A stretch of 64,000 nucleotides of DNA. Source: an uncultured bacterium (GTDB lineage Bacteria > Patescibacteriota > Minisyncoccia > Moranbacterales > UBA2206). Made by a program: the position numbers and the translations under genes. This document shows, piece by piece, positions 1 to 10,511 of this stretch (its first letter is position 1; each line of letters starts with the position of its first letter). The stretch is from positions 8,786 through 72,785 of the forward strand of contig CAIKZD010000009.1 in the NCBI GenBank assembly GCA_903831805.1, read 5' to 3'. The notes beneath the pieces were generated by a model. It was not told the DNA's origin and searched no databases. It worked only from the letters and a program-made list of their open reading frames with translations.

Positions 1-816
1 CTGAATGCTTCGTGCGCTTCCAGTGTCGGTGATGATTCAATCGGAGAGTGGGTCAAAAAAGAACTGGAAAAGAATCTGGTGGATGTGACTTTGCTGTCGA
101 TCGAGGAAGGTCGGAAAAGTGATTTTTCGGCCATCATAGTGGATGAGTCTTCCGCCGAGCGAGTTATTTTTACCAATAAGAATTCCAGCGGGAAATTGGA
201 GTTGGATAATTTGAAAACGGCGGACGCCGAGTGGTTTTTCATCAGTGATATCTATGGCAAATGGGAAGACCAGATGGAGGCTATATTTGAAGTGGCGCGG
301 GAGAAAAATGTGCGCGTGGCTTTCAACCCGCGCGAAGCCGGCATTCGAGAAGATGCGCCGGAAATCATTGAAGCTATTGGGCTTTGCGAGATTGTTTTTG
401 TGAACAAGGATGAAGCGATTGAAATTGTCACGAACATGGACAATGAGGCTAATCCGGAAAATGTGACCCAAGAAAAATTTCTCTTGGAAAAACTGAAAAG
501 CTTGGAGCCTAAGATTGTCGTCTTGACGGATGGCGTCCGCGGTGCCTGGGTCAGTGACGGGGAGCATATTTTCCATGCTGAAGCGCAAAAAGTGCCGGCG
601 GTCGATTCGACCGGGGCGGGCGACTCTTTCACCAGCGCTTTTTTGGCAGCCTACATCAAAGGACAGAGCCCGAGCGAATGTTTGCAATGGGGCATCGCCA
701 ACAGCGGCAGTGAAGTGCAAAAGTATGGTGCGATCGATGGACTGCTGAGTGAAAATGAAATGCAAGTGGCGGTTAAGGAAGTGGCGGTTAAGGAAGTGGA
801 GATAAATGAAGTTTAG
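1..816 (+). CDS. pfkB-family carbohydrate kinase (ribokinase-like), 5' partial
   Basis: Reading frame is open from the window edge into ORF 79..816. DSTGAGDSF ribokinase-type motif near the C-terminus. A 15-bp tandem duplication encodes VAVKE x2 at the 3' end. Confidence 0.7.
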   Translation: MNASCASSVGDDSIGEWVKKELEKNLVDVTLLSIEEGRKSDFSAIIVDESSAERVIFTNKNSSGKLELDNLKTADAEWFFISDIYGKWEDQMEAIFEVAREKNVRVAFNPREAGIREDAPEIIEAIGLCEIVFVNKDEAIEIVTNMDNEANPENVTQEKFLLEKLKSLEPKIVVLTDGVRGAWVSDGEHIFHAEAQKVPAVDSTGAGDSFTSAFLAAYIKGQSPSECLQWGIANSGSEVQKYGAIDGLLSENEMQVAVKEVAVKEVEINEV

Positions 817-839
817 TATATAGAATAAAAATATTTTTT

Positions 840-2930
840 ATGGATCTACAAAAACTTTTTAATCCGGCGTCGGTGGCGATTGTCGGGGCGTCGGAAGAAG
901 ATGGTAAGGTGGGCAACGCAATTGCCAAAAATTTGTTGCAACTAGGCTATGCCGGGGAAGTGTTTTTAGTCAATCCAAAACACAAAAAGATCTTCGGCCA
1001 AAAATGTTACGCTAGCCTTGCGGCCATTGAAAAAACGGTGGACCTGGCCATTTTGGCCATTCCGGCTAAATTTGTGAATGACGAAATTGCCAAAAATGCT
1101 GAGCGGATAAAAAATTATGTGGTCATTTCGGCCGGCTTTTCCGAAACGGACGCGGTGGGCAAGGAACGGGAAAAAGCATTGGCCGACCTGGCGAAAAATA
1201 ACCAGCTTAATATTTTAGGCCCAAATTGTTTGGGCTTTATCGTGCCAGCTTTGAAATTGAATGCTTCTTTTGCTGGCGGGCTACCCGAAGCCGGTAATGT
1301 TTCCTTTGTTTCGCAGTCCGGCGCGCTAGCCGTGGCACTGATGGACATCGCCGAAAAAGAAAAGATCGGATTTTCCAATATCATCTCAGTCGGGAACAAG
1401 ATGCAGCTGGATGAAGCGGAACTGCTGGAATATTTAGCGGAGGACGAAGAAACCAAAGTGATCGGGATGTATTTGGAGGGCATAAAAGACGGCCAAAAAT
1501 TCAAAGAAATTTCGCAAGCGGTTTCAGTGCGAAAACCGGTCATTATCTTGAAAGCCGGCAAAAGCGCTAAGACGCAAAAAGCCATCTCTTCCCACACGGG
1601 CGCTTTGGCAGGGGATGATGATGTCATTTCGGCCATCTTCCGAAAGAATGGCGTGATGCGGGCGCATGACTTGGAAGAATTTTTCAATCTGTTCGATTTG
1701 ATCAGAAACGCGGAGGCGCCCGAAGAAAAAGGCGTGGTCGTTATCACGAACGCCGGTGGCATTGGCGTGTTGACGGCGGACGCTTTCGCCGGGAAAAATA
1801 TCGAATTGGTCGATATGGCAGACGGCGTGAAAAAAGAACTGCGCCGCTTTTTGCCGGCTGAATCGTCCGTAGAAAATCCAATCGATCTGCTCGGGGACGC
1901 TCACGCCGATCGCTATAGCAAAACTTTAGAAGTTATGGCTAAGGTCAAAAATATCGGATCAATCATCTGTGTGCTGACGCCGCAAGACCAGACGCCGGTG
2001 GAAAAAATTGCCGAAGAAATTATCAAATTCAAAAAGAAAACGAAGAAAACCATTGTGACAGTCTTTTTGGGCGGATTGCGGGTGGACGCCGCGGTGGCGA
2101 AATTGAAAGCCAATGGTATTAGCAATTTCAGTTTTCCAGATCAAGCCGTGCAAGCGTTGGACGGATATTTTTCCTGGAATGAATTCAGGAAAAGAGGTGT
2201 TAAGGATCATACGCAAATTATTAATGTGAAGAGGCGGGGAAAAGTTGCGGCGCTGGTCGAAAAGACTGAACTAGAAGGACGAACCGCATTATATTTTTCC
2301 GAAAGTGCCAAAGTGATGGAAATGTACGGAGTGAAGACAGTTGATTATCGGGAAATTTTTCCAGCAGACAAGGCGAATAGCAAAAAGCGCGCCAAGTTTA
2401 ACCTGATGGGAATGAATTTTCCGGTGGTATTGAAAGTGGACAGTGACCAAGTGTTGCATAAAACGGATAAGCAAGGCTTGATTTTGGGGATCGAGAACGA
2501 AAAAGAATTGCAGCTGGCACTGGCCAGGATGAGTTTAAATTTCCCGAACGCACGGTTGGTCGTGCAACCGATGGCGGCGCGCGGGACTGAGTTGATCATT
2601 GGCGTGAAAAGAGATCCAAATTTCGGGCCGGTGGTGGTGTATGGTCTGGGCGGAATTTATACGGAAATCTTGCATCGCGTGGATTATCTGGTGCCGCCAC
2701 TTTCTATGTCCCAGATCGAAGATTCGCTGAAAAATGGCAAGTTGGGATTTTTGTTCGCCGGCGCGCGTGGCCAAAAAGCCTATGATCTGCCAGAATTGGC
2801 TCGCACGTTGCAAGGCATTATGCTGATGTCCCTAGAAATTCCGGAAATCCGCGAGTTTGATATAAACCCCTTGATTGTCTATAATAATGGAAAGCAGGCA
2901 GTGGCGGTGGATGTGAAGATCGTTATTTAA
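840..2930 (+). CDS. acetyl-CoA synthetase (ADP-forming), fused CoA-binding + ATP-grasp domains
   Basis: 696 aa. N-terminal CoA-binding domain (VAIVGASEEDGKVG, succinyl-CoA-synthetase-like) followed by an ATP-grasp region. Typical NDP-forming acyl-CoA synthetase architecture. Confidence 0.75.
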   Translation: MDLQKLFNPASVAIVGASEEDGKVGNAIAKNLLQLGYAGEVFLVNPKHKKIFGQKCYASLAAIEKTVDLAILAIPAKFVNDEIAKNAERIKNYVVISAGFSETDAVGKEREKALADLAKNNQLNILGPNCLGFIVPALKLNASFAGGLPEAGNVSFVSQSGALAVALMDIAEKEKIGFSNIISVGNKMQLDEAELLEYLAEDEETKVIGMYLEGIKDGQKFKEISQAVSVRKPVIILKAGKSAKTQKAISSHTGALAGDDDVISAIFRKNGVMRAHDLEEFFNLFDLIRNAEAPEEKGVVVITNAGGIGVLTADAFAGKNIELVDMADGVKKELRRFLPAESSVENPIDLLGDAHADRYSKTLEVMAKVKNIGSIICVLTPQDQTPVEKIAEEIIKFKKKTKKTIVTVFLGGLRVDAAVAKLKANGISNFSFPDQAVQALDGYFSWNEFRKRGVKDHTQIINVKRRGKVAALVEKTELEGRTALYFSESAKVMEMYGVKTVDYREIFPADKANSKKRAKFNLMGMNFPVVLKVDSDQVLHKTDKQGLILGIENEKELQLALARMSLNFPNARLVVQPMAARGTELIIGVKRDPNFGPVVVYGLGGIYTEILHRVDYLVPPLSMSQIEDSLKNGKLGFLFAGARGQKAYDLPELARTLQGIMLMSLEIPEIREFDINPLIVYNNGKQAVAVDVKIVI

Positions 2931-2952
2931 TTGTATTAACCTTTTAACAAAT

Positions 2953-3522
2953 ATGGAAGAAATTAAAAATGATAAGAAGAAAAAAGTCCTGCTCGTCGAT
3001 GATGATGCGACCATCAGAACCACTTATGCGGACATTTTCCGCTCAGAAGGTTTTGAAGTGGTGGAGGCGGGGGATGGGATGGAGGGATTGGATAAGGCTA
3101 TTGCGGAAATGCCCGATGTCATCTTTACAGGCATCATTATGCCCAAGATGGACGGCTTCGATTTGAAGGATGCACTGGCTAAAAATGTCGCTACGGTCAA
3201 CATTCCGGTTTTGATGTCATCGCATATGGGGCGGGAAGAGGATCGCCAAAAGGCCATGGCCATGGGCGTGAAAGATTTTTTTGTGGTCGGCATGATCACG
3301 CCGAGGCATGTGCTGGAAAAAGTTCGTGCCTTGTTCAGTTCCAAAAAATATCACTTAAAATTTGATGCGCTCGCCTTGGACGCGCCCAAGCTGGCTGCTG
3401 ATTTTCACTTAAATGAATTTCGGTGTGAAAAATGCAATGAGCTAAAAATAATGGTGGTGGAAATTATGGATGTGAATAAAGAAGAATTTAAGACGCAGTT
3501 TGTCTGTCCGGAGTGCAAATGA
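2953..3522 (+). CDS. response-regulator receiver domain protein with C-terminal CxxC...CxxC zinc ribbon
   Basis: KVLLVDDD...PDVIFTGIIMPKMDGFDL CheY-like receiver motifs. C-terminal CEKC...CPEC. Confidence 0.7.
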   Translation: MEEIKNDKKKKVLLVDDDATIRTTYADIFRSEGFEVVEAGDGMEGLDKAIAEMPDVIFTGIIMPKMDGFDLKDALAKNVATVNIPVLMSSHMGREEDRQKAMAMGVKDFFVVGMITPRHVLEKVRALFSSKKYHLKFDALALDAPKLAADFHLNEFRCEKCNELKIMVVEIMDVNKEEFKTQFVCPECK

Positions 3523-3559
3523 TCTTTGTGGGCGTAAGTCAAACAAAAAAAGAATTTCG

Positions 3560-3595
3560 CAGAGCAGGCGCGCGCCTGCTCTGGTAGTTTTATCT
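3560..3595 (+). terminator. rho-independent terminator (22-nt perfect palindrome agagcaggcgcgcgcctgctct, then T-rich)
   Basis: Perfect GC-rich palindrome at 3561-3582 followed by gtagttttatctt. Confidence 0.6.
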
Positions 3596-3602
3596 TGAAA
3601 AT

Positions 3603-5318
3603 ATGAATTGGAAAATCAAAACGGGGAATGGCCGCGTGAAAAATACTTTAGCGGAAAAATATCATCCGGTGGTGTTGCAACTTTTGGCCGATCGGGGTAT
3701 CAGCGAAGAAGAGGATATTGAAAAATATTTCGGTTTTGACTATGACGAATGTTTGGGAGACCCATTTTCGATATCCGGCATGGCAACGGCCGTGAGCCGG
3801 ATCGAAAAAGCACTGAAAGAGGGGGAGCAGGTGGCGATTTATGGAGATTATGATGCGGACGGCGTGACAGCCACGGCCGTTTTGAAAGAGACACTGACGG
3901 AAGTCGGATTTCCAGAGGTGTTGTGCTATTTTCCGGATCGTCAGACGGAAGGCTACGGCTTGAATGAAACTGCGTTGGAACAGTTGAAAAAACAAGGCGC
4001 CAAACTAATCATCACGGTGGATTGCGGGATAACCAATGTGGCGGAAGTGGAAAAAGCCAAAGCCTTAGGGCTGGAAATTATCATCACCGACCATCACCAT
4101 GCGCCGGCCAAACTGCCGGACGCCGTGGCCCTCATCAATCCGAACATTCCGGACAGCGGATTTGCTTTTAAAAATTTAGCTGGCGTGGGAGTGGCTTTCA
4201 AACTGGCCCAGGCCATCTATGAAAAATTAGCTCCGGAAAAAGTCGAGCAGCTCAAGTGGGCTTTGGACTTGGTGGCCATTGGCACCATTGCCGACTGCGT
4301 GCCACTTTTGGGCGAGAATCGAATCTTGGTGAAGTATGGGCTGATTGTCCTTTCGAAAACCCGCCGGGCGGGCCTCTTGGAAATGTTCCAGGTGGGACGC
4401 ATCGATATTTCAGAAAATAAGGTGCCTAATGCACATACGGTGGCTTTCCAGATCGCGCCACGAATCAATGCCGCCGGGCGCATCGACCATGCCAGTGCGT
4501 CATATAATGTTTTGGTCGGCAAAGATCCAGTGGAGGCGCGCATGCTGGCCTTGGAATTGGAAGACAAGAATCAAAAAAGGCAAAAAATCACCACAGAAAT
4601 TTTTCGCGAAGTGCAAATTCTGGCCAACAATTCTTTTAAGGATAGAAATTTTATTTTTGCTGAAAGTCCGCATTGGCCGATGGGCATTTTGGGGCTGGTG
4701 GCGGGAAAAATCACCGGAGAATTCGGCAAACCGTCTATGGTGTTGGCGCGCAAGCCCGGCATATTTTCCGGCTCGCTCCGCAGCGTGCCGGCCGTCAATC
4801 TGATGGAAATCATCACCCGCTGTTCCAGTCTGGTGGAAAGATTTGGGGGACATTCTCAAGCCGCCGGGGTGAGTGTTTTGCCTGAGAACTTGGAAAAATT
4901 TTGCGCTCAAATGACCGCGGAAGTGGACAAAGAACTCGCCGGCAAAGAAATTGTGGCGTCGCTGGAAATCGACTCTGAAATTTCAGCGGGCGATATCGGT
5001 TGGGAATTGGTGGACGCCCTGAAAAAGATGGAGCCGTTCGGGGAAGGCAATCGGCAGCCGGTTTTTTGCGCGAAAAATTTTGTGGTGGTGGATGTGAAAA
5101 TCGTGGGCAATGGACAAAAACATTTGAAACTGGCTTTGCGAGGGGAAGCTGGCAGCCCGAAGATTTTTGACGCCATTGGATTTTCCCTGGCGGAAAAATT
5201 TCCGGATCTTAAGAATGGTGATAAACTAGACATAGCTTTTAACTTGGAAGATGATGAATGGAACGGCAATCGAAAGATTCAGCTGAAGATAATCGATTTA
5301 AAGTTAGTGGCGGAGTAA
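3603..5318 (+). CDS. recJ: single-stranded-DNA-specific exonuclease RecJ
   Basis: 571 aa. DHH-family motifs (GDYDADGVTATAVL, ITDHHH) and DHHA1-like C-terminal domain. Confidence 0.85.
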   Translation: MNWKIKTGNGRVKNTLAEKYHPVVLQLLADRGISEEEDIEKYFGFDYDECLGDPFSISGMATAVSRIEKALKEGEQVAIYGDYDADGVTATAVLKETLTEVGFPEVLCYFPDRQTEGYGLNETALEQLKKQGAKLIITVDCGITNVAEVEKAKALGLEIIITDHHHAPAKLPDAVALINPNIPDSGFAFKNLAGVGVAFKLAQAIYEKLAPEKVEQLKWALDLVAIGTIADCVPLLGENRILVKYGLIVLSKTRRAGLLEMFQVGRIDISENKVPNAHTVAFQIAPRINAAGRIDHASASYNVLVGKDPVEARMLALELEDKNQKRQKITTEIFREVQILANNSFKDRNFIFAESPHWPMGILGLVAGKITGEFGKPSMVLARKPGIFSGSLRSVPAVNLMEIITRCSSLVERFGGHSQAAGVSVLPENLEKFCAQMTAEVDKELAGKEIVASLEIDSEISAGDIGWELVDALKKMEPFGEGNRQPVFCAKNFVVVDVKIVGNGQKHLKLALRGEAGSPKIFDAIGFSLAEKFPDLKNGDKLDIAFNLEDDEWNGNRKIQLKIIDLKLVAE

Positions 5319-5334
5319 TCAACAATCGTTTATA

Positions 5335-8067
5335 TTGCGCGATAAAATTATGGACAAAAAAGAATATTACTCCTTTTCCCTAGAAGACATCGTGGCTGAA
5401 TTCAAAACCTCTCAACTGAAAGGCTTATCTGGCAATGAGGCCGAAGGAAGACTGGCGGAATACGGCAAAAATCAAATCGATAAAAAACAAAACTGGCGCT
5501 GGCTCAAACTGTTCGGCGGTCAGTTCAATGACGCCTTAGTCTGGATCCTGCTGGTGGCCGCCGGGCTGGCTTTTATTTTTGCCGAATATCGGGATGTGAT
5601 CATTATTTTGATCATTGTTGGATTAAATTCCATTATTGGTTTTGTCCAGGAATTCAAAACGGAAAGAATTTTGGATAGTATAAAAAAACTGACCACTGAT
5701 CAAACGCAAGTTATTCGGGACGGCAAGAAGCAAGAGGTGGATGCCAAACTGATTGTGCCGGGCGATCTCATTTTTGTGGCAGAAGGCGACCGGGTACCAG
5801 CGGATGGCTACCTCGCGGAAAGCTATGACCTGAAAGTGAATAGCTTCATCTTCACCGGAGAATCGAAGCCGGCCAATCGATCGACGAAAGTTTTGACGGG
5901 TCGCAATATTCCACTGTCAGACATAGACAATATGCTTTTCATGGGAGAAACCGTCGCTCGGGGCGAAGGAAAATTCATCATCACCGGTACCGGGATTGAT
6001 ACGCAGCTGGGGCATATTGCTCATTTGACCGGCGAGCTGCAAGATTCTTTGACGCCGATGCAAAAGCAGATGCGTCAATTGGGCAAAGATGTCGCCGTCG
6101 TGGCCGTCATGATCGGAGTCGCCGTCATGATCGGCGGTCATTTTTTAGGCATGTCTTTGTATAGTAATTTTATCTTTGCTCTGGCTTTGGCGGTGTCCAT
6201 CGTGCCAGAAGGCTTGCCGGCGGCCATTTCCGTGGCCCTCACGCTGGGCATGAAGCGGCTCTTGAAGCACAATGTTCTGGCGAAAAAATTGAACGCGGTG
6301 GAAACTCTAGGTTCGGTTTCCATAATCTGCAGCGATAAGACCGGCACAATCACTAAGAATGAATTGACAGTTACAAAGCTGGTGATCAATAACCAGATTG
6401 TAGCGGTCAGTGGCGTCGGGTATGCGGCAGAAGGTCATTTTTTAATGGAGGACAGGGTAGTCAATCCGTTTGAGATAAAAAATTTGGAATTGCTTTTCCG
6501 GATTGGTACGCTCTGCAACGACGCCAGTATAATTTTGCGTGATTCCCGGCGGATGGTGGTGGGCGATCCCACGGAAGGGGCGATTATTGTGGTTGGCGAG
6601 AAATATAATCCTAAGGAAAATTATTATACCACCGGAGAAACGAAAATCACTGAGAATCCTTTTTCTTCCGAGCGGATGAGAATGAGTGTCGTTTATAAAA
6701 ATGCCGAAACACTGTCACTGGTCAAGGGTTCGCCGGATGTTATGATTGATTTATGCGACTCAATCAAGATGGATGGTGAAATTTTGCCTTTTACGGAAGA
6801 GGCCAGAGCTAAAACCAAACAGCTGTATAATACCATGTCAGCTGAGGCGCTACGCGTGCTGGCTTTTGCTTATCGCGATTTAGCGGGAGTACCAAGCGAG
6901 CAATATGCCGCGGAGGCAGAAAAAAATTTGACTTGGGTTGGGATGATGGCCATGATTGATCCGCCGCGGCCGGATGTGGAAGAGGCCATTGCGCAATGCA
7001 AGCAGTCCGGCATTAAGGTTGTGATGATTACGGGGGATTATGAAATAACGGCTGGGGCGATTGCCAAAAAAGTCAATTTGATCGGAGAGGCTGGGAGTTA
7101 TGAAATAATCAACGGGAAAAAACTGAATGATTTGAGCGATAAGGAGATTTATCAAAAAATCAGCAAAAAAGATATTGTTTTCGCGCGCATTGCGCCTGAG
7201 CAAAAACTGCGGATTGCGACTATCCTCAAAAAGAATGATCAAATCATTGCTATGACGGGCGACGGCGTCAATGATGCGCCAGCGTTGAAGCGCGCGGACG
7301 TGGGGGTGGCGATGGGCATAATCGGGACGGATGTTTCCAAGGAAACAGCCGATATTATTTTGCTGGATGATAATTTCGCTTCCATCGTCCGTGGCATTGC
7401 CGAAGGACGGACGATTTATAGTAATCTGAAAAAGTTTGTACATTATGTTTTTACGGCTAATGCCGGCGAGCTTTTGACGGTAATTTTCGGGGTCGTTCTG
7501 CAGATCCCCACCCCGATTATCGCGGTCCAGATCCTCGCCATTGATTTGGCCACGGACGTCTTGCCGTCTTTCTCTTTGAGTTTGGAGCCGGCGGAAAAAG
7601 GGGTGAATAAAAAAATCAAAAATTCCAGCGGCGGGATTATGAGTGGGAAAAAAATCTGGCGCATAATTTACCTGGGTTTGATCATGGCTGCCGGGGCGGT
7701 GGGCGCCTTCATCTGGTCCATGCTGCGCGGGGGGTGGCATTGGGGCGGCGCAGTTGACGAAAACAGCCTGCTCTATATCCGCTCGACCACTGCGACGTAC
7801 GCCGTTCTAGCTATGACCCAAATGGCCAATCTTCTGCAGTCGCGCAGCGAGAAATTCACGCCGTCCGAGCTGGGATTTTTCAAGAATAAATTTGCCATCG
7901 GCTCAATCATTGCTTCTTTTCTGATTTTACTTATATTGATGTACGCACCATTTTTTCAAAAATATTTGCGTTTTAGCCCGATCCGCTGGCAGGATTGGCT
8001 GATGGTCGGCGCCACTACTCTAGCTGTGTATGTTTTTGAAAGCGTGCGGAAAAAAAGATGGGCGTAA
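5335..8067 (+). CDS. P2-type cation-transporting ATPase (Ca2+-ATPase-like)
   Basis: 910 aa. ICSDKTGTIT phosphorylation site, MTGDGVNDAPAL hinge, PEGLP transmembrane motif. Confidence 0.85.
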   Translation: MRDKIMDKKEYYSFSLEDIVAEFKTSQLKGLSGNEAEGRLAEYGKNQIDKKQNWRWLKLFGGQFNDALVWILLVAAGLAFIFAEYRDVIIILIIVGLNSIIGFVQEFKTERILDSIKKLTTDQTQVIRDGKKQEVDAKLIVPGDLIFVAEGDRVPADGYLAESYDLKVNSFIFTGESKPANRSTKVLTGRNIPLSDIDNMLFMGETVARGEGKFIITGTGIDTQLGHIAHLTGELQDSLTPMQKQMRQLGKDVAVVAVMIGVAVMIGGHFLGMSLYSNFIFALALAVSIVPEGLPAAISVALTLGMKRLLKHNVLAKKLNAVETLGSVSIICSDKTGTITKNELTVTKLVINNQIVAVSGVGYAAEGHFLMEDRVVNPFEIKNLELLFRIGTLCNDASIILRDSRRMVVGDPTEGAIIVVGEKYNPKENYYTTGETKITENPFSSERMRMSVVYKNAETLSLVKGSPDVMIDLCDSIKMDGEILPFTEEARAKTKQLYNTMSAEALRVLAFAYRDLAGVPSEQYAAEAEKNLTWVGMMAMIDPPRPDVEEAIAQCKQSGIKVVMITGDYEITAGAIAKKVNLIGEAGSYEIINGKKLNDLSDKEIYQKISKKDIVFARIAPEQKLRIATILKKNDQIIAMTGDGVNDAPALKRADVGVAMGIIGTDVSKETADIILLDDNFASIVRGIAEGRTIYSNLKKFVHYVFTANAGELLTVIFGVVLQIPTPIIAVQILAIDLATDVLPSFSLSLEPAEKGVNKKIKNSSGGIMSGKKIWRIIYLGLIMAAGAVGAFIWSMLRGGWHWGGAVDENSLLYIRSTTATYAVLAMTQMANLLQSRSEKFTPSELGFFKNKFAIGSIIASFLILLILMYAPFFQKYLRFSPIRWQDWLMVGATTLAVYVFESVRKKRWA

Positions 8068-8116
8068 TTTTTTAGTTGTCCGATGGCGGGCGTTATGATA
8101 AAATTAGGTTACAATA

Positions 8117-8551
8117 ATGGAAAAGAATAAAATAAAAATATATACTGACGGCGGATCGCGGGGCAACCCAGGACCGGCCGGGATCGGGGTGTGGATTTCA
8201 ACACTCGACAAGAAATATGGCGAGTGTATCGGTGAAGCGACCAATAATGTAGCGGAATATGCCGCGCTGATTTTCGGTCTCAAAAAATTGAAACAACTTT
8301 TGGGTAAAAGTGAAACAAAAAAATACGAAATCGAATGTCTTTTGGACAGTGAGCTGGTGGTCAAGCAATTGAACCATGAATATCGGTTGAAAGAAGAATA
8401 TATCCAGCAGAATTTTATCGAGATTTGGAATTTGATGTTGGAATTTAAAAATGTCACCTTTAAACATATTCCGCGCGAGGAGAATAAAATCGCTGACGCG
8501 CTGGTGAATGAGGCGCTGGATGGCGAATGTAAACAAAGAAGCTTGTTATAA
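8117..8551 (+). CDS. rnhA: ribonuclease HI
   Basis: 144 aa. IYTDGGSRGNPGPAGIGV RNase H-fold N-terminus. Confidence 0.8.
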   Translation: MEKNKIKIYTDGGSRGNPGPAGIGVWISTLDKKYGECIGEATNNVAEYAALIFGLKKLKQLLGKSETKKYEIECLLDSELVVKQLNHEYRLKEEYIQQNFIEIWNLMLEFKNVTFKHIPREENKIADALVNEALDGECKQRSLL

Positions 8552-8562
8552 AATAAAAAATT

Positions 8563-9573
8563 ATGTTCAAACAGAAAAAAACGTACGTCATCCTGATTCT
8601 TCTCATAGCCCTTGTCGGGGGTGGTTATTATTTCAAGTCTAAAAAACCGGTAATTGTTTATACTGCGCAAAAAGTGGAGCAAGGAAATTTAGTGCGGACA
8701 GTGGCGGTGACGGGGGAAATCATTGCACCGGTGGAAGCGGACCTGTCTTTCAAATTGAGCGGCCAAGTTGAATCGCTGTTGGTGAATTTGGGCGATCGTG
8801 TCGAAGTGGGCCAAAAAATCGCGACGATTGATAAGGGGACACTGCTCGCGCAACTGGCGCAAGCGTTACAGGAAGTGAACGCGCAAAAACAGGCATTGGT
8901 CAATATGGAAAGGCGCGCTGATGTGTATAATCATTTTCAAAAAGAAGCGCAAATGGCGGAAATTGCCAAAGCCGAGGAGGCGGTCCGAGCTGTCCAAACT
9001 AACATTACTGAAACCACTTTGTATTCGCCCATTGCCGGCATGGTAATCAAGAAAAATGTGGAAGTGGGCGAGACGACCGTGGCCAACGCTGTGACATCCA
9101 ATACGGCAGTGGTGACCATTGCGTCGGATGGTGATTTGGAAACTGAGGTGAATGTGCCCGAATCGGATATCGTAAACGTAAAAATTGGTCAAAAGGCTAA
9201 AGTGTCGCTGGACGCGCTGTCGTCGGATGAAAAATTAGACGCGGCAGTTTTTGAAATCGAGCCGGCTTCCACGGTCATTCAGGATGTGGTGTATTATAAA
9301 GTGAAGCTTAAATTTGTGGCGCCGGATGCGCGCTTGAAAATCGGCATGAGCAGTAATGTGAACATTAATACGGCCGAGAAGGACGGCGTAGTGATGGTGC
9401 CGATGCGGGCGGTGAAGAATGAGAACGGCCAAGATTATGTGGAAATTCTCAATGCGGATGGCAAGACCACGAAAAGAGAAAATATTCAAACCGGGTTGAA
9501 AGGTGACGACGGCCTGATTGAAATAACTGCCGGCTTAAGCGGTGGCGAAAATGTGGTGGTCCTAGCGAGTTAA
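8563..9573 (+). CDS. HlyD/MacA-family periplasmic adaptor subunit
   Basis: N-terminal transmembrane helix, coiled-coil, beta-barrel region. Followed by MacB-type ATPase and permeases. Confidence 0.7.
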   Translation: MFKQKKTYVILILLIALVGGGYYFKSKKPVIVYTAQKVEQGNLVRTVAVTGEIIAPVEADLSFKLSGQVESLLVNLGDRVEVGQKIATIDKGTLLAQLAQALQEVNAQKQALVNMERRADVYNHFQKEAQMAEIAKAEEAVRAVQTNITETTLYSPIAGMVIKKNVEVGETTVANAVTSNTAVVTIASDGDLETEVNVPESDIVNVKIGQKAKVSLDALSSDEKLDAAVFEIEPASTVIQDVVYYKVKLKFVAPDARLKIGMSSNVNINTAEKDGVVMVPMRAVKNENGQDYVEILNADGKTTKRENIQTGLKGDDGLIEITAGLSGGENVVVLAS

Positions 9574-9574
9574 T

Positions 9575-9734
9575 CCTGTCATTCTGAGCGAAGCCTGTAC
9601 TCAGGCGTAGTCGAAGAATCTGCTTTGTATAACCAGTAGTTTTCCTATAAATCGTAAGTCTTGTGGTAACCACGGGCAGATCCTTCGACTGCGTTCGTCG
9701 CCTTGTCGGCGACTCACTCCGCTCAGGATGACAG
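9575..9734 (+). repeat. 160-bp hairpin/MITE-like repeat element, copy 1 (terminal inverted repeats CTGTCATYCTGAGCGRAG; inner inverted repeats AGTCGAAGAATCTGC/GCAGATCCTTCGACT)
   Basis: About 88% identical to 44199..44356. Starts 2 nt after the HlyD stop codon. Confidence 0.8.
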
Positions 9735-9778
9735 CTTTTACTATTTACTGAAGTAACTTTTTTAGCAGGTAAAAAACT

Positions 9779-10504
9779 ATGACGCCTCTTATCCAAGTGC
9801 AAAACATGAGCAAGACTTATGCCTCAGAGGGCGTGGAAACTAAAGCGCTATCCCGGGCTGATTTTCAAGTGGAAAAAGGGGAATTTCTGTCCATTATGGG
9901 GCCGAGTGGCAGTGGAAAATCAACCTTGATGCAAATCTTAGGTTTTTTGGATCATCCGACTGGCGGCCAATATCTATTTGAAGGACGCGATATCGCCGAT
10001 TTTTCGGCGGATGAGTTAGCGAGTACTCGCAACAAGAAAATCGGTTTTGTTTTTCAGTCGTTCAATCTGTTGCCGCGCACGAGTGTTTTTGAAAATGTGG
10101 AATTGCCGCTGCTCTATGATCAACAACCGGATGGCAAGAATTATGACAAAGTGATGGCCGCTCTCCGCTCGGTCGGCATGGAGCATCGGGAAAAATATCT
10201 TTCCAACCAGCTGTCCGGCGGCGAGAAACAGCGTGTGGCCATTGCGCGCGCCTTGGTCAATGATCCGGAACTGATTTTCGCCGATGAGCCGACGGGGAAT
10301 TTGGATTCGCACTCCGGTCTCACCGTGATGAAAATTTTGCAAGGCCTTAACAATTCCGGACACACCGTGATTTTGGTGACGCACGAAACTTACACGGCCG
10401 AACATGCCAAAAGAATAATTTATATCAAAGATGGACAAATTGTGGCGGATGACCCGGTCAAAAATCGTCGCATCGCGGAGGGCGAGACGGAACTGCTCAA
10501 ATAA
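9779..10504 (+). CDS. ABC transporter ATP-binding protein (MacB/LolD type)
   Basis: Walker [10 protein letters not shown], signature [15 protein letters not shown], Walker B. Confidence 0.85.
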   Translation: MTPLIQVQNMSKTYASEGVETKALSRADFQVEKGEFLSIMGPSGSGKSTLMQILGFLDHPTGGQYLFEGRDIADFSADELASTRNKKIGFVFQSFNLLPRTSVFENVELPLLYDQQPDGKNYDKVMAALRSVGMEHREKYLSNQLSGGEKQRVAIARALVNDPELIFADEPTGNLDSHSGLTVMKILQGLNNSGHTVILVTHETYTAEHAKRIIYIKDGQIVADDPVKNRRIAEGETELLK

Positions 10505-10511
10505 TTTTCTT

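Noticed and set aside
37-765. Minus-strand ORFs throughout the track (e.g. 37..765, 6880..7740, 10692..11513, 22329..22943, 44978..45805, 56902..57570)
   Set aside because: Each one overlaps a + strand gene with a clear conserved motif. They have low-complexity or odd composition and look like shadow ORFs of GC-moderate coding sequence.
10431-10511. Upstream extension of the permease ORF (track start 10431)
   Set aside because: It would overlap the ATPase gene by 74 nt. The ATG at 10512 directly follows the ATPase stop and begins the hydrophobic N-terminus.
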